From Dehalococcoidia bacterium (lineage in GTDB: Bacteria; Chloroflexota; Dehalococcoidia; DSTF01; JACRBR01): DNA of 64,000 nt. Shown here piece after piece: positions 48,010-58,996 of this stretch (within the stretch, counting starts at the first letter, position 1; every line of letters starts with the position of its first letter). The notes under the pieces are model-generated. The model made no database searches. It was not told the origin of the DNA and saw only the letters and a program-made list of their open reading frames with translations. The stretch covers positions 116,792-180,791 of the forward strand of contig JBBDXE010000008.1 in NCBI GenBank assembly GCA_040902505.1. Reading direction: 5' to 3'. The translations under genes were made by a program, and so were the position numbers.

Positions 48010-48474
48010 TTACGCCTCGGGGGCGCTCCACAGCGTCTGGTGATGCTCACCGATGATCGCCGCCACGTTCGCCGCACGCTCCCGCTGACCCAGGTCCCGT
48101 AGCGCCGCGTCGCACGTCTCCAGCGCCCCGGAGAAACCCGAGCCGACGACCCGCTCGCGGATCGCCTCCCACAGGCCACTCTCTTCCAGGTAAGCGATGC
48201 TGTGCGGCCAGAAGAAGAACAGGAAGCTCTGCGGTAGCCCCAGCGTCGGACGGTGCTGCCCCAGCCAGAAGTAGCGCTCCTGCACTGTCGCCACCGGGTC
48301 GACGATCGCCACCATCGGCATCCCGCACGACCCGTCGGGATCGGCGTCATCGTGCCGCGTGTCGATGAGCAGCCGCTCCGGGAACAGCCGGAACCCGGCC
48401 GCGAAGACATCCGCTTCCTTCACGATCTCGTGGATCTCGCCAAGGTTCACGAGCACGCCGTTCTCTGTTCGCAT
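48010..48474 (-). CDS. Hypothetical protein
   Basis: 154 aa from MRTENGVLVNLG.. No recognisable motif. Confidence 0.35.
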   Translation of the reverse strand: MRTENGVLVNLGEIHEIVKEADVFAAGFRLFPERLLIDTRHDDADPDGSCGMPMVAIVDPVATVQERYFWLGQHRPTLGLPQSFLFFFWPHSIAYLEESGLWEAIRERVVGSGFSGALETCDAALRDLGQRERAANVAAIIGEHHQTLWSAPEA

Positions 48475-48523
48475 CTCACTCCATCTGGCCGCCGCGGGAT
48501 CGGGGCGCCACGGCCTTCTCATT

Positions 48524-50149
<1,626 letters not shown>

Positions 50150-50196
50150 TCATCCTCCGGTTGGCTATGCGCTTGAAAGTGATGCTGTTTCGGGAT

Positions 50197-50223
50197 CTGG
50201 CACTCTCTGACCGAGAGTGCTAA
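50197..50223. promoter_or_regulatory. CIRCE-like HrcA operator (CTGGCACTC-N9-GAGTGCTAA) upstream of groEL
   Basis: Matches the TTAGCACTC-N9-GAGTGCTAA consensus, with a perfect right half, an exact 9-nt spacer and two mismatches in the left half. Confidence 0.7.
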
Positions 50224-50273
50224 GCCGAGTGTAAGGCACCGTCCCATGTGGATCAAGTTGTTCCATGCGACAA

Positions 50274-50296
50274 CTGGAGGCTGGAAGCTGGAGGAT
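50274..50296 (+). repeat. Tandem heptamer (CTGGARG)3, the reverse-complement family of CCTCCAC
   Basis: ctggaggctggaagctggaggat. Confidence 0.55.
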
Positions 50297-50349
50297 GGCT
50301 CGGCGCCCTTTCAGCCTCCCGTGCGACCGATAGCGGTATCTTGCCCCCC

Positions 50350-51396
50350 ATGACCGCCCCCCTGAACCTCCGCGACCTCGAAGCCCTCGCCCGCGAGCGC
50401 ATGCAGCCCGGCCCGTTCGCCTTCTACTTCGGCGGCGCCGCCGACGAGGTCACGCTGCGCGAAAACGAAGCCGCCTTCGAATGCCGCCGCCTCCGCCCGC
50501 GCGTCCTCCTCGACGTCGCCCGTCGCCGCCAGTCGGTGGAGCTCCTCGGGACGCGCGTCCGGCTGCCCGTAGGCGTCGCCCCCACGGGACAGCACGGCTT
50601 CGCCCACGCCGATGCGGAAGTGGCGACCGCTCGCGCCGCCGCGCAGGCCGGCGCCCTCTTCTGCCTCGCCACCGGCTCCACCCGGCCGATGGAAGAAGTC
50701 GCCGAGGCCTCCGGCGACGCCCCCCGCTGGTTCCAGCTGTACACGCAGTCCAACCGCGGCATCACCGAAGATCTCGTGCGCCGCGCGGCCGCCGCCGGCT
50801 TCGGCGCCCTCGTCGTCACTGTCGATCTACCCGTTGGCGGACGCCGCGAGCGTGCGGACCGCGCGGGCTTCCAGCTCACCAGCCCCCGCACCGGCAACTT
50901 CGCCCGCTACGGCGATGAGCAGTTCGCCGAGCTGACCCAGCGGTCCGGCTACGGAATGCTCACCTGGGATGATCTCGCGTGGCTGCGCGGCATCGCCCCT
51001 CTTCCCCTCGTCCTCAAGGGCATCCTCACCGCCGACGACGCGCGCCTCGCCGTCGAGCACGGCGCCGCCGCCGTCTGGGTATCCAACCACGGTGGCCGCC
51101 AGCTCGATCGCTCCCCCGCCAGCATCGACGTGCTCGAGGAGATCGTCGAGGCCGTCGATGGCCGCGCGGAGGTCTACCTCGATGGCGGCGTGCGCCGGGG
51201 CGTCGACGTGGTGACCGCGCTGGCGCTCGGCGCGCGGGCCGTCTTCATCGGACGTCCCGCCCTCTACGCCCTCGCCTGGAACGGCGCCGACGGCGTCGCC
51301 GCGATGCTCCTGATGCTCGCCCTCGAGGTCGACAACGCCATGGCCCTCCTCGGCGTCACCTCACTCGACAAACTCACCCGCGCCCACGTCATGTAG
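50350..51396 (+). CDS. FMN-dependent alpha-hydroxy-acid dehydrogenase/oxidase (L-lactate dehydrogenase / glycolate oxidase family)
   Basis: TIM-barrel FMN motifs: ..WFQLY.., ..VTVD.P..GRRERD.. and ..VWVSNHGGRQLD... Start at MTAPLNLRDLE. Confidence 0.8.
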   Translation: MTAPLNLRDLEALARERMQPGPFAFYFGGAADEVTLRENEAAFECRRLRPRVLLDVARRRQSVELLGTRVRLPVGVAPTGQHGFAHADAEVATARAAAQAGALFCLATGSTRPMEEVAEASGDAPRWFQLYTQSNRGITEDLVRRAAAAGFGALVVTVDLPVGGRRERADRAGFQLTSPRTGNFARYGDEQFAELTQRSGYGMLTWDDLAWLRGIAPLPLVLKGILTADDARLAVEHGAAAVWVSNHGGRQLDRSPASIDVLEEIVEAVDGRAEVYLDGGVRRGVDVVTALALGARAVFIGRPALYALAWNGADGVAAMLLMLALEVDNAMALLGVTSLDKLTRAHVM

Positions 51397-51429
51397 CAGC
51401 CGCAGGTGCGGCGAACGTAGACTCCCGGG

Positions 51430-51466
51430 CTCACTGAAAAACTGAGAACTGAGAACTGAAAACTAG
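51430..51466 (+). repeat. Short-period tandem repeat (ACTGARA)n between convergent genes
   Basis: ctcactgaaaaactgagaactgagaactgaaaactag. Confidence 0.7.
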
Positions 51467-52812
51467 TTCCGCGTCGTCCCCGGGATCCCGATCGCCACGT
51501 TCACCTTGATGAACACCGCGATCTCCTGCCGCACCGCACCCTGCCCCAGCCCGTCGATGCGCACGATCGCCGCGTCGCTCCCCAGCACCTTCCGCGGGTC
51601 GACGGAGATCATCAGCGTCGCTGTGCGCTCGCACGGTGACTCGCGCAGGCACGTCAGGTCGTCCCCCACCGCCACTCCCGCCAGCTGCGAGAACGTCACC
51701 CACGACTTGTCCGCGCTCACCCGCCACGGCACGATCCCCGTCCCCGCGTTCGAGATCTTCACCTCCACCGGCGTCGCCGACTGGTTCGGCCGCACATTCA
51801 CCAGCACGATCGGCCGGTCGATGGCGAGCCGCGGCAGCCCCAGCACCGCCAGGCGCACCAGCGGCGGAGGCGGCGGCGTGGCGTCCTGGTGCAGCGGCTT
51901 CGGCGTCGGAATGTCCATCCGCGTGTACGGGAAGTCGAAGTTGTCCAGGCTGAGCGGCGTGCTCCAGTACGGGTTGTTCAGGTCCGGCAGCGTCGCGTTG
52001 ATCGGCTCCCACAGCGCCTTCCCCTGCACCTCTGGCGGATTGGCCATGCAGCCGTACACCAGCTCCTGGTACGGGTGCAGCGCCCGGTTGTGGCTCAGCC
52101 CATCGTTTGCCCGCCCGCAGCTGTACGGCGTCCGCGGCCACCCGCCGTAGATCGGGTCCATCGGATGGTTGCTCCGGTTCGCCCCCGGCCCCGTGAAGCC
52201 GTTGTAGCCCCACACCGCGTAGTACCAGTTCTCCACGATCGCCGGGTCGCTGTCCGTGTCGATGCCCGCGATCGGCCGCGCTTCCGGCGCCGCGTTCCAC
52301 TTGTCGATCAGGATCGCTGCCCCCCGCCCGATGTTGTACGCGAAGTGCGTCGCCACCAACGCCTGCTCGTCCGTGGGCTGCTGGTCTTCGCCCAGCGGCG
52401 CTGTCATCCCGCTCGTCACCTGCGCGATCCCGTACCCGCAGTCGAACGACACCAGCCCCGGCCCGATCGCCCCGAACGGCAGCCCCGGCCCACCCTGCGT
52501 GATCACGCTCTCGATCCAGCTGATCGACTTCAGCAGCGTCGGCGGCACGTACACCGGCCCCGACGTGTTGCGCCCCCCCCGGACCCCCCGCTCCAGCAGC
52601 GGCTGCGAGAAGAAGCGGTCGCGCGGGAACAGCAGGTCGTGCCCCGCCAGGTCCATCGCCGCCAGGTAGAGTCGCCGGTCCTCCGTCGTCTCGTACGTCG
52701 TCGGCGACTGGGCGAACGCGCAGGCATTCGCCACCGGCGTGCGCCGCGACCCCGGCGCGAACATCGCCGCGAGCGCCAACGTTGCCAGACCCAGCGCCAG
52801 TAGCCGCATCAT
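51463..52812 (-). CDS. Secreted protein, possibly lytic-transglycosylase-like with a C-terminal Ig/BACON-like domain
   Basis: Start at MMRLLALGLATLALAAMFA (signal peptide), in an ATGA overlap with the upstream TolB-like gene. ..SWIESVITQGG...DCGYGIAQVTSG recalls the SLT E-S...G.Q motif. The 687-aa form in the ORF track is rejected. Confidence 0.4.
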   Translation of the reverse strand: MMRLLALGLATLALAAMFAPGSRRTPVANACAFAQSPTTYETTEDRRLYLAAMDLAGHDLLFPRDRFFSQPLLERGVRGGRNTSGPVYVPPTLLKSISWIESVITQGGPGLPFGAIGPGLVSFDCGYGIAQVTSGMTAPLGEDQQPTDEQALVATHFAYNIGRGAAILIDKWNAAPEARPIAGIDTDSDPAIVENWYYAVWGYNGFTGPGANRSNHPMDPIYGGWPRTPYSCGRANDGLSHNRALHPYQELVYGCMANPPEVQGKALWEPINATLPDLNNPYWSTPLSLDNFDFPYTRMDIPTPKPLHQDATPPPPPLVRLAVLGLPRLAIDRPIVLVNVRPNQSATPVEVKISNAGTGIVPWRVSADKSWVTFSQLAGVAVGDDLTCLRESPCERTATLMISVDPRKVLGSDAAIVRIDGLGQGAVRQEIAVFIKVNVAIGIPGTTRN

Positions 52813-54026
52813 TCCAGCCACCCCACGATCAGCACGTCCGAGGAGTCGGACACACGCTCGCGCGAGCCGTCCTCGTCCACCAGCTCCACGTGGCTCTGCC
52901 CCGCGTCGATCGGCGTCACCCCTTCGATGGCGCGCACCGCCAGCGTCGAGCCGTCCGGCGACCACCCCAGCGGCAGGTCGATGCCGTCCGCCTGCTGCGT
53001 GACCGCCCTCGCGGTGCCGTCCGCGTCCACCGCGCGCGCGCCGCCCCCCTCCCGGTCCACCGACCCGATCGTCAGTTCTCCGCCGGGGCTCCATTCCGGG
53101 TTGTACTCCGCCCGCCCGGCCCTTCCCGCGACGACGGCTTCTCCTGCCGTCCCCGTCGCCACGTCTAGTGTCATCGCTACGATCGCCGGCTCCGGCCCCG
53201 TGCGCGCGACGGAATAGGCCAGCGTCGCGCCGTCGGGCGAGAGCTTCCAGTCCCGTGCGATGCCGTTGCTCAGGTGCGCGACCAGCGCTTCGCCCGTGCC
53301 GTCCGGCGCGATGCTGTACAGGTCGGTGCCGCTGCTGCTCAGCGTCGCGAAGTAGATCCGCGACCCGTCCGGCGCGAACGCGATCGGGAACACCGCCGCT
53401 GTCGCCCACGTCGTGACCGTCGCCCGCGAGCCGTCGCGGCCCAGCAGCAACAGCTCGAACGTGCCGGCGCTGTTCTCGGCCGGCGTGTTCTTCCGCACCA
53501 CGATCGACTGGCTGTCCGGCGCCCACACCGGTGCGATCAGCAGGTCGGCGTCATCCGCGAGCAACGACACATCGCCGTCGTCCTCGATGACGCCCGCGAC
53601 AGCCGGTGCGTCCGCCGCCGGGTCGGCCGTGTCCGCCGGCAGCGCCGTGTATGCGATCGCCGACCCGTCCGGCGAGAGCGTCGCGAACGCGCCCCAGCCC
53701 GGCGCATGGTCGACCGTCGCCAGCGTGCGCCGCCCGCCCGCTACGTCCTCCGGGTCGACCGCGACGATCCTGTCCGCGCGCTCGCCGAACTCCGCAATGA
53801 TTAGCTGTTGGCCTTGAGACTGGGCCTGCTGGAAGGGCGTGGGCTGTTGGTTGTTGATGCGGTCGATCGCGAACCATCCGCCGCCCGCGATTGCAGCGGC
53901 GGTGCCCGTCGCGACAGCGGGCTTCGCGATGACGGAGATGACGCGGGCGAGGATCACAGGCGGCTCACTCCCTGCAGCTGCCTTCGTTCTCGCGCCGGCA
54001 CCCCGCCACGACCGGCGTCTCGGCAT
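52809..54026 (-). CDS. TolB-like / PD40 beta-propeller repeat protein with an N-terminal membrane anchor
   Basis: Repeated ..SPDGS.IA.. and ..APDGSRIYF.. PD40 blades. Confidence 0.6.
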   Translation of the reverse strand: MPRRRSWRGAGARTKAAAGSEPPVILARVISVIAKPAVATGTAAAIAGGGWFAIDRINNQQPTPFQQAQSQGQQLIIAEFGERADRIVAVDPEDVAGGRRTLATVDHAPGWGAFATLSPDGSAIAYTALPADTADPAADAPAVAGVIEDDGDVSLLADDADLLIAPVWAPDSQSIVVRKNTPAENSAGTFELLLLGRDGSRATVTTWATAAVFPIAFAPDGSRIYFATLSSSGTDLYSIAPDGTGEALVAHLSNGIARDWKLSPDGATLAYSVARTGPEPAIVAMTLDVATGTAGEAVVAGRAGRAEYNPEWSPGGELTIGSVDREGGGARAVDADGTARAVTQQADGIDLPLGWSPDGSTLAVRAIEGVTPIDAGQSHVELVDEDGSRERVSDSSDVLIVGWLE

Positions 54027-54270
54027 CGAGACGGCGTGCGAGTACCGCGTCCGCCGCCGTGCCGCGAATACTGTAGCAGATGAGGCCAGCCCCTACCGTA
54101 TCGGCGTGCGATTCAGATCGCAACATTCATCACGCACGCCACCGGCGAATCTACAGGCGTGTACGCCCGTCATCAGGATCGAGCCCGGTCACCAGTTACC
54201 AGCTACCACGTTCATAACCACGCTCGCACAGAGTCCCTAATGGTGTACGCGAGTAAACACGATCGAGATC

Positions 54271-54320
54271 CAGTCACCAAAACCGGTAACCGGTCACAAG
54301 TCACCAGCGGCCAGACCGCT
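54271..54320 (+). repeat. Short-period tandem repeat (GTCACCA / GGTAACC)n ending in the stop codon of the substrate-binding-protein gene
   Basis: gtcaccaaaaccggtaaccggtcacaagtcaccagcggccagaccgctag. Confidence 0.65.
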
Positions 54321-55953
54321 AGTCCTCGACCCGCGTCCGCACGTACCACTCCCGTACGCTCGCGAAGCGCGACGACGCAGTGATCAGCAGCGCATCGGCG
54401 AACCCCTGCACGCGCGGCGACTGCGCGTACGTGTACCCCGGCGCGTACAGCGGCAGCGCCGGCACCGCGGCGACGAACGCGTCCTGGAACTCCGCGTACA
54501 GCTCGCGGCGCCGGTCCACCTCCGTCGTCTGCCGCGCGCGCTCCAGCATGTCGTCGATGCTCGTGTCGAAGAGCTTTGCCAGGTTGCGCCCCGGCGGGGC
54601 GATCTGGCTCGAATGCCAGAACGGATAGGGGTCGGGGTCCGGCCCCGGGTCCACCAGCACCAGCGCCGCCTCGAACCGGCGCGGCAGCAGATGCTCGTCG
54701 ATGTACGTCCCAGCGTCCAGTGGCTGCACCGTCACCGACGCGCCGACCGCCCGCCACTGCCGCGCGATCTCCTCGGCGATCGCCACCCGCAGCGGGTCGT
54801 TCGTCGTCGACAGCGTGAACGCCAGCCGCAGCCCCCCGCGGTTGCGCACGCCGTCCTGTCCCCGCGGCCAGCCAGCCTGCTCGAGCGCGCTCGCCGCCTG
54901 CCCCGGACTGAACGACGGCACCTCGACCGGTGTGTACGCCCACGATCCCGGAGGGATGCCCGCCGGCGTGCCCTCACCCCCCGGCGAAAGAGCGACGATC
55001 AGCGCCGTCACGTCGATCGCCCGTTGCAGCGCCCGCCGCACGGTCGGGTCGGCGAAGATCGGCGAGTCGATGTTGAGGTACGCGGCGTTGAACGACATCG
55101 ACGTCAGCCTGTGCAGCGAGAAACCCTCCTCCCCGCCCAGCACGTCCAGCTGTGCCCGCGGCGTCGCCGGGTCGAGCAGCGCACCGTCCGCCGCGCCGTC
55201 GCGCAGCGCCGCCGCCAGCGCGTCACCGTCCGGGTACACCCGGAAGTCCAGCCGCGAGATGCGCGGCGGCCCCAGGTAGTACGTCGGGTTTGCCTCCAGC
55301 CGCACCCCGTCTGACGTCCGTCCCGCGAAGGTGTACGGGCCCGTCCCCACCGGGTCGGCGTTGAACGGGGTGTTCGCCAGCCCGTCCGCATCAAGCCCGT
55401 CGAGCAGGTGTTGGGGCAGGATCCCCACGTTCAGATACGCAAGGAACGGTGCGTACGCCTGCTCCAGCCGGAACTCCACGGTCAGCGGGTCGCGGGCGCG
55501 GATCACGACGCCCTGCATCAGCTGGGCCAGCACCGGGTCGCCCCGGAACTCCGGGTCGGCGATCGCCCCGAACGTGAACACCACGTCGTCCGCCGTAAGG
55601 TCGGCGCCGTCATGCCACGCCACGCCGTCCCGCAGGTGGAAGACGTAGTTGCGCCCGTTGCCCGTGATCTCCCAGCGCTCGGCCAGGTCGGGCTGCGGCA
55701 GCCCGTCCGCCCCCAGGCGCACGAGCCCGCTGAAGATCAACGACGCCAGGTCGGCGTCCGTGGGGTTGCTCTGTGCGAAGAGTGGGTTGATCTGCTCCGC
55801 CGCGCGCGTCACCCCCTCCACGTAGCGGCCGCCGCTTGCCGGCACCGCCTCGCCCTTGGGATTCGACAGCACGAAGTACCAGAAGACCGCGACCGCGGCG
55901 ATCCCAACCACCAGCGCGGCGAAGATCGGCCAGCGGGTCTGCGTCAGCGGCAC
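54319..55953 (-). CDS. ABC transporter substrate-binding protein, family 5 (peptide/nickel, DppA/OppA-like)
   Basis: 544 aa with an N-terminal TM anchor or signal. Conserved SBP_bac_5 regions (..NPTYY.GPP.I..L.FRV..D...). Confidence 0.8.
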   Translation of the reverse strand: MPLTQTRWPIFAALVVGIAAVAVFWYFVLSNPKGEAVPASGGRYVEGVTRAAEQINPLFAQSNPTDADLASLIFSGLVRLGADGLPQPDLAERWEITGNGRNYVFHLRDGVAWHDGADLTADDVVFTFGAIADPEFRGDPVLAQLMQGVVIRARDPLTVEFRLEQAYAPFLAYLNVGILPQHLLDGLDADGLANTPFNADPVGTGPYTFAGRTSDGVRLEANPTYYLGPPRISRLDFRVYPDGDALAAALRDGAADGALLDPATPRAQLDVLGGEEGFSLHRLTSMSFNAAYLNIDSPIFADPTVRRALQRAIDVTALIVALSPGGEGTPAGIPPGSWAYTPVEVPSFSPGQAASALEQAGWPRGQDGVRNRGGLRLAFTLSTTNDPLRVAIAEEIARQWRAVGASVTVQPLDAGTYIDEHLLPRRFEAALVLVDPGPDPDPYPFWHSSQIAPPGRNLAKLFDTSIDDMLERARQTTEVDRRRELYAEFQDAFVAAVPALPLYAPGYTYAQSPRVQGFADALLITASSRFASVREWYVRTRVED

Positions 55954-55985
55954 GGCACCTTCAGCCTCCGAGCGGGCCCCGGAGC

Positions 55986-56135
55986 GCTAGCAAGGTGCTG
56001 AAAAAGGGGGTACAGGGGGCAGAGCCCCTTGTCGGGGGGCTCCGGGGGGTGTCCCCCCGGATTCACAACCATCCAACTGGGCGGGCGGGTGGGAACGTCA
56101 ACTGTTCCTCTTCGGGTTTTTCAGCACCCTGCTAG
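55986..56135. mobile_element. MITE-like element copy 2 (150 bp); its terminal CTAG supplies the TAG stop codon of secG
   Basis: Same TIR pair and internal sequence as copy 1. The last 4 nt (56132-56135) overlap the secG stop at 56132-56134. Lies 33 nt upstream of the start of the substrate-binding-protein gene. Confidence 0.75.
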
Positions 56136-56362
56136 AGCGACGCGCGCACGCCCCAGGCGGAGATGATCAGGAACACGATGGCCAGGACGATCGTCAGCTG
56201 GAAGAGCGTCTTCTCGACGCCTCGGCGGGTCCGGAAGCTCGCGCCTGTCCCGCCGCCCAGCGCTGTGCCGATGCCCGACCCCTTCGCCTGCAGCAACAGC
56301 ACGATCGTCAGCACGATCGAGACGAGGATCTGCGCGATGTTCAGATAGTCTCGGAACTCCAC
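56132..56362 (-). CDS. secG: Preprotein translocase subunit SecG
   Basis: ..EFRDYLNIAQILVSIVLTIVLLLQAKGSGIGTALGGG....RRGVEK.LF..T.. Start is GTG 56362 after GGAGGGG, or ATG 56386. Confidence 0.8.
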   Translation of the reverse strand: MEFRDYLNIAQILVSIVLTIVLLLQAKGSGIGTALGGGTGASFRTRRGVEKTLFQLTIVLAIVFLIISAWGVRASL

Positions 56363-56418
56363 ATTCCCCTCCGGGCAGCGGCCCATTGTACGCGAAGGCT
56401 CCCCGCCCGCCAAAGCGC

Positions 56419-57357
56419 CTACATCGCCCGCAGGAGGCGGATGCGTTCCTCCACCGGCGGGTGCGTGCTGAACAGGTTGTTCAGCCACGACTTGTGGTCG
56501 TGCAGGGGGTTGCTGAAGTACAGGTGCGCCGTCGCCTTGTTCGCTTCTTCCAGCGGGTCCGGGTCCGCTGAGATCTTCTCCAGCGCCCGCGCCAGCGCGT
56601 CCGGATTCCGGCACAGCAGCGCCCCCGACGCGTCCGCGAGATACTCGCGCTGCCGCGAGACTGCGAGCTGGATCATCTTCGCCACCAGCGGCGCCAGCAC
56701 CGCCAGGACGATCGCCACGACGAGCAGGATAGCCATCGCCCCGCCCTTGTCGCGGTTCCCGCGCCGATGCCCCGCCCCGAACCACGTCCACCGCATGAAC
56801 ACGTCCGCCAGCAGCGCGATCAGCCCCACCAGCACCACCGTGATCGTCATCACGCGGATGTCGTAGTTGCCCACGTGCGACAGCTCATGCGCGATCACAC
56901 CCTCCAGCTCGGACTTCTCCAGCTTCTGCAGCAGCCCGCGCGTGACCGTCACCGCGGCGTGCTTCGGGTCGCGCCCCGTCGCGAACGCGTTCGGCGCCCC
57001 GTCCTCGATCACGTACACCCTCGGCATCGGCAGGCCCGAGCCGATGCTCAGATTCTCGACGATGCGATACAGCTCCGGCTCGTCGTCCTTCGTCACCGGA
57101 CGCGCCTGGCTCACCGCCAGCGCCACCGACGCGCTCGCGTAGTAGCTGAACAGCGCGTACGCCCCCAGCCCCGCGAACACCACGGGCGCAAACAGCGGCG
57201 GCACCCCCAGCGCGAGCGCGATGACCGTCGCGAACGCGCCCGTGATCGCCACGAACACCAGCATCAGCAGCCACGTCTGCCGCCGGTTCGACGAGATGCG
57301 GTCGTACACCAGGACAGGTGGTTGCGCGTCGGAGGGGATCGCCTGCTGGTCCGCCAT
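56419..57357 (-). CDS. htpX: Zinc metalloprotease HtpX (M48B)
   Basis: HELSHV zinc motif and four TM helices. Confidence 0.85.
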   Translation of the reverse strand: MADQQAIPSDAQPPVLVYDRISSNRRQTWLLMLVFVAITGAFATVIALALGVPPLFAPVVFAGLGAYALFSYYASASVALAVSQARPVTKDDEPELYRIVENLSIGSGLPMPRVYVIEDGAPNAFATGRDPKHAAVTVTRGLLQKLEKSELEGVIAHELSHVGNYDIRVMTITVVLVGLIALLADVFMRWTWFGAGHRRGNRDKGGAMAILLVVAIVLAVLAPLVAKMIQLAVSRQREYLADASGALLCRNPDALARALEKISADPDPLEEANKATAHLYFSNPLHDHKSWLNNLFSTHPPVEERIRLLRAM

Positions 57358-57363
57358 CCGCGG

Positions 57364-57948
57364 CTAGGGGTTGGCGGCGGGGGTGGAGAAGCTCACGCGT
57401 ACGTCCTCGCGCGCCGCCTCTTCGGCTTCGAAGAACTCCGCCGCCTGGAAGCCGAACATGTTCGCGAAGATCAGGCTCGGGAACGTCTCCCGCTTCGTGT
57501 TATAGGAGAGCACGTTCGTGTTGTAGAACTGCCGGGCGTACGCAATCTTCTCCTCGATGTCGCTCAGCTCGTTCTGCAGGTCCAGGAAGTTCTGGTTCGC
57601 CTTCAGGTCCGGGTACGCCTCCGCTACCGCGAACAACGAGCGCAGCGTCTGCGTCAGCATGTTGTTCGCTTCCGCCGCCTGCCCCGGCGTCCCCGCCTGC
57701 TGGAGCCGCGCCCGCGCCTCCGTCACGCTCTCCAGCGTCTGGCGTTCGTGCGCCGCGTATCCCTTCACGGTCTCGACGATGTTCGGGATCAGCGAAGCCC
57801 GCCGCTTCAGCTGCACGTCGATGCCCGACCACGCCTCCCGCACGCGCAGCCGCGCTTTCACCAGCCCGTTGTACATCCCCAGCACGATCAGCCCGAGGAT
57901 GACAACCAGCGCGACGACGATCCCGATGACGATCAGGGCGGGCAGCAT
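57364..57948 (-). CDS. lemA: LemA family protein
   Basis: N-terminal TM segment followed by the LemA core (..[31 protein letters not shown]..). ATG 57948 with a GGAGG RBS. Forms the usual lemA-htpX pair. Confidence 0.8.
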   Translation of the reverse strand: MLPALIVIGIVVALVVILGLIVLGMYNGLVKARLRVREAWSGIDVQLKRRASLIPNIVETVKGYAAHERQTLESVTEARARLQQAGTPGQAAEANNMLTQTLRSLFAVAEAYPDLKANQNFLDLQNELSDIEEKIAYARQFYNTNVLSYNTKRETFPSLIFANMFGFQAAEFFEAEEAAREDVRVSFSTPAANP

Positions 57949-58226
57949 GAAGATTCCTCCGTCCTCACGAGTGTAACACGATGCCGGCCGCGCGCCGCCG
58001 CCCCGCCCCCGTTGCACGATGCAGCTCACGAGGTACGACCTTCACCTCAGCCCGCGCAGGACTGTGCGCCACTCTCACATGACGCCTCACGCCGCCTCAC
58101 CTGTGAAAATCGGTGCCATCTGTCGTCTTACCCGTCACTCTCGTGGGGCGGCGCGGATTGACACTCCTTGCCGCCCCGGACGAGCCGGTGATACGCTTCC
58201 ACCGCATCCCGCAGGGAGGGAGCGTC

Positions 58227-58535
58227 ATGCTGCTCGCTGGTCTCGGCCCGCTCGGTGTCCCCGAGCTGCTCATCATCGCCTTCATCGTCATCCTCGTCTT
58301 CGGCGTCGGCCGCCTCCCCGAAGTCGGCGGGGCGCTGGGCCGGGGCATTCGCGAGTTTCGCCGCGCCAGCAAGGACGATGACAAGGACGATGGCTCCACA
58401 ACGCTCAGCTCGAGCGAGCCGACCGCCGTCCAGGCCCCGGACGCCGTCTTCTGCTCCGAGTGCGGCACCCAGAACGATCGCGCCGCGAAGTTCTGTTCAT
58501 CCTGCGGGCACGCCCTCGGCGCCCCGGTCACCTGA
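58227..58535 (+). CDS. tatA: TatA/TatE-family twin-arginine translocase subunit with a C-terminal zinc-ribbon extension
   Basis: MLLAGLGPLGVPELLIIAFIVILVFGVGRLPEVGGALGRGIREFRRA is a canonical TatA TM helix and amphipathic helix. The C-terminus carries CSECG..x10..CSSCGH (CxxC-x12-CxxC). Confidence 0.7.
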   Translation: MLLAGLGPLGVPELLIIAFIVILVFGVGRLPEVGGALGRGIREFRRASKDDDKDDGSTTLSSSEPTAVQAPDAVFCSECGTQNDRAAKFCSSCGHALGAPVT

Positions 58536-58638
58536 CTCCGCACCTTACGCATTCCAGCCCGACAGCCCGGGCTCTTCAGCCAGCGCGGCCACCGGCGGCT
58601 TAACCGCCAGATCGGGCCAGATCCCACTCCGACACCGT

Positions 58639-58692
58639 GCTCACAGCTCACAGCTCACAGCTTGAGGCTCACGGCTCGGTTCACGGCTCGCC
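58639..58692 (+). repeat. Short-period tandem repeat (CTCACAG / CTCACGG)n
   Basis: gctcacagctcacagctcacagcttgaggctcacggctcggttcacggctcg. Confidence 0.7.
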
Positions 58693-58938
58693 GCTGCCCC
58701 GCCTCCGGTCCCACCGCGCGAACGCCCCGATGGCCGCCGCCGTCAGCGCGATCGGGATCAGCGCCAGCGCCGGGTGCACCGCGAACAGCATCACCGTCAC
58801 CGACACGTCGGCGAAGATCCCCACCATGGCTACGAAGGGCCACATGATCAGCCCGAACACCGCCCGCGTGATCACCAGCACGTCCAGGCAGCCGTACCGC
58901 GGCTCCCCGTCCGGCGGGCGCTGCTCGTAGTAAGCCAT
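58681..58938 (-). CDS. Hypothetical small membrane protein (85 aa)
   Basis: MAYYEQRPPDGEPRYGCLDVLVITRAVFGLIMWPFVAMVGIFADVSVTVMLFAVHPALALIPIALTAAAIGAF.. with two TM helices. Divergent from the HD gene. The 151-aa form is rejected. Confidence 0.35.
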   Translation of the reverse strand: MAYYEQRPPDGEPRYGCLDVLVITRAVFGLIMWPFVAMVGIFADVSVTVMLFAVHPALALIPIALTAAAIGAFARWDRRRGSGEP

Positions 58939-58996
58939 CCCGTATGATAGCCATGCGGCCCTGCGCGGGCCGGACATCGCTCGGCGGAGGTGCGGA

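Noticed and set aside
50248-51396. 382-aa form of the lactate-oxidase-like gene starting at 50248
   Set aside because: The extension covers the CTGGARG repeat and the CIRCE-proximal region. Conserved enzyme sequence starts at MTAPLNLRDLE (50350).
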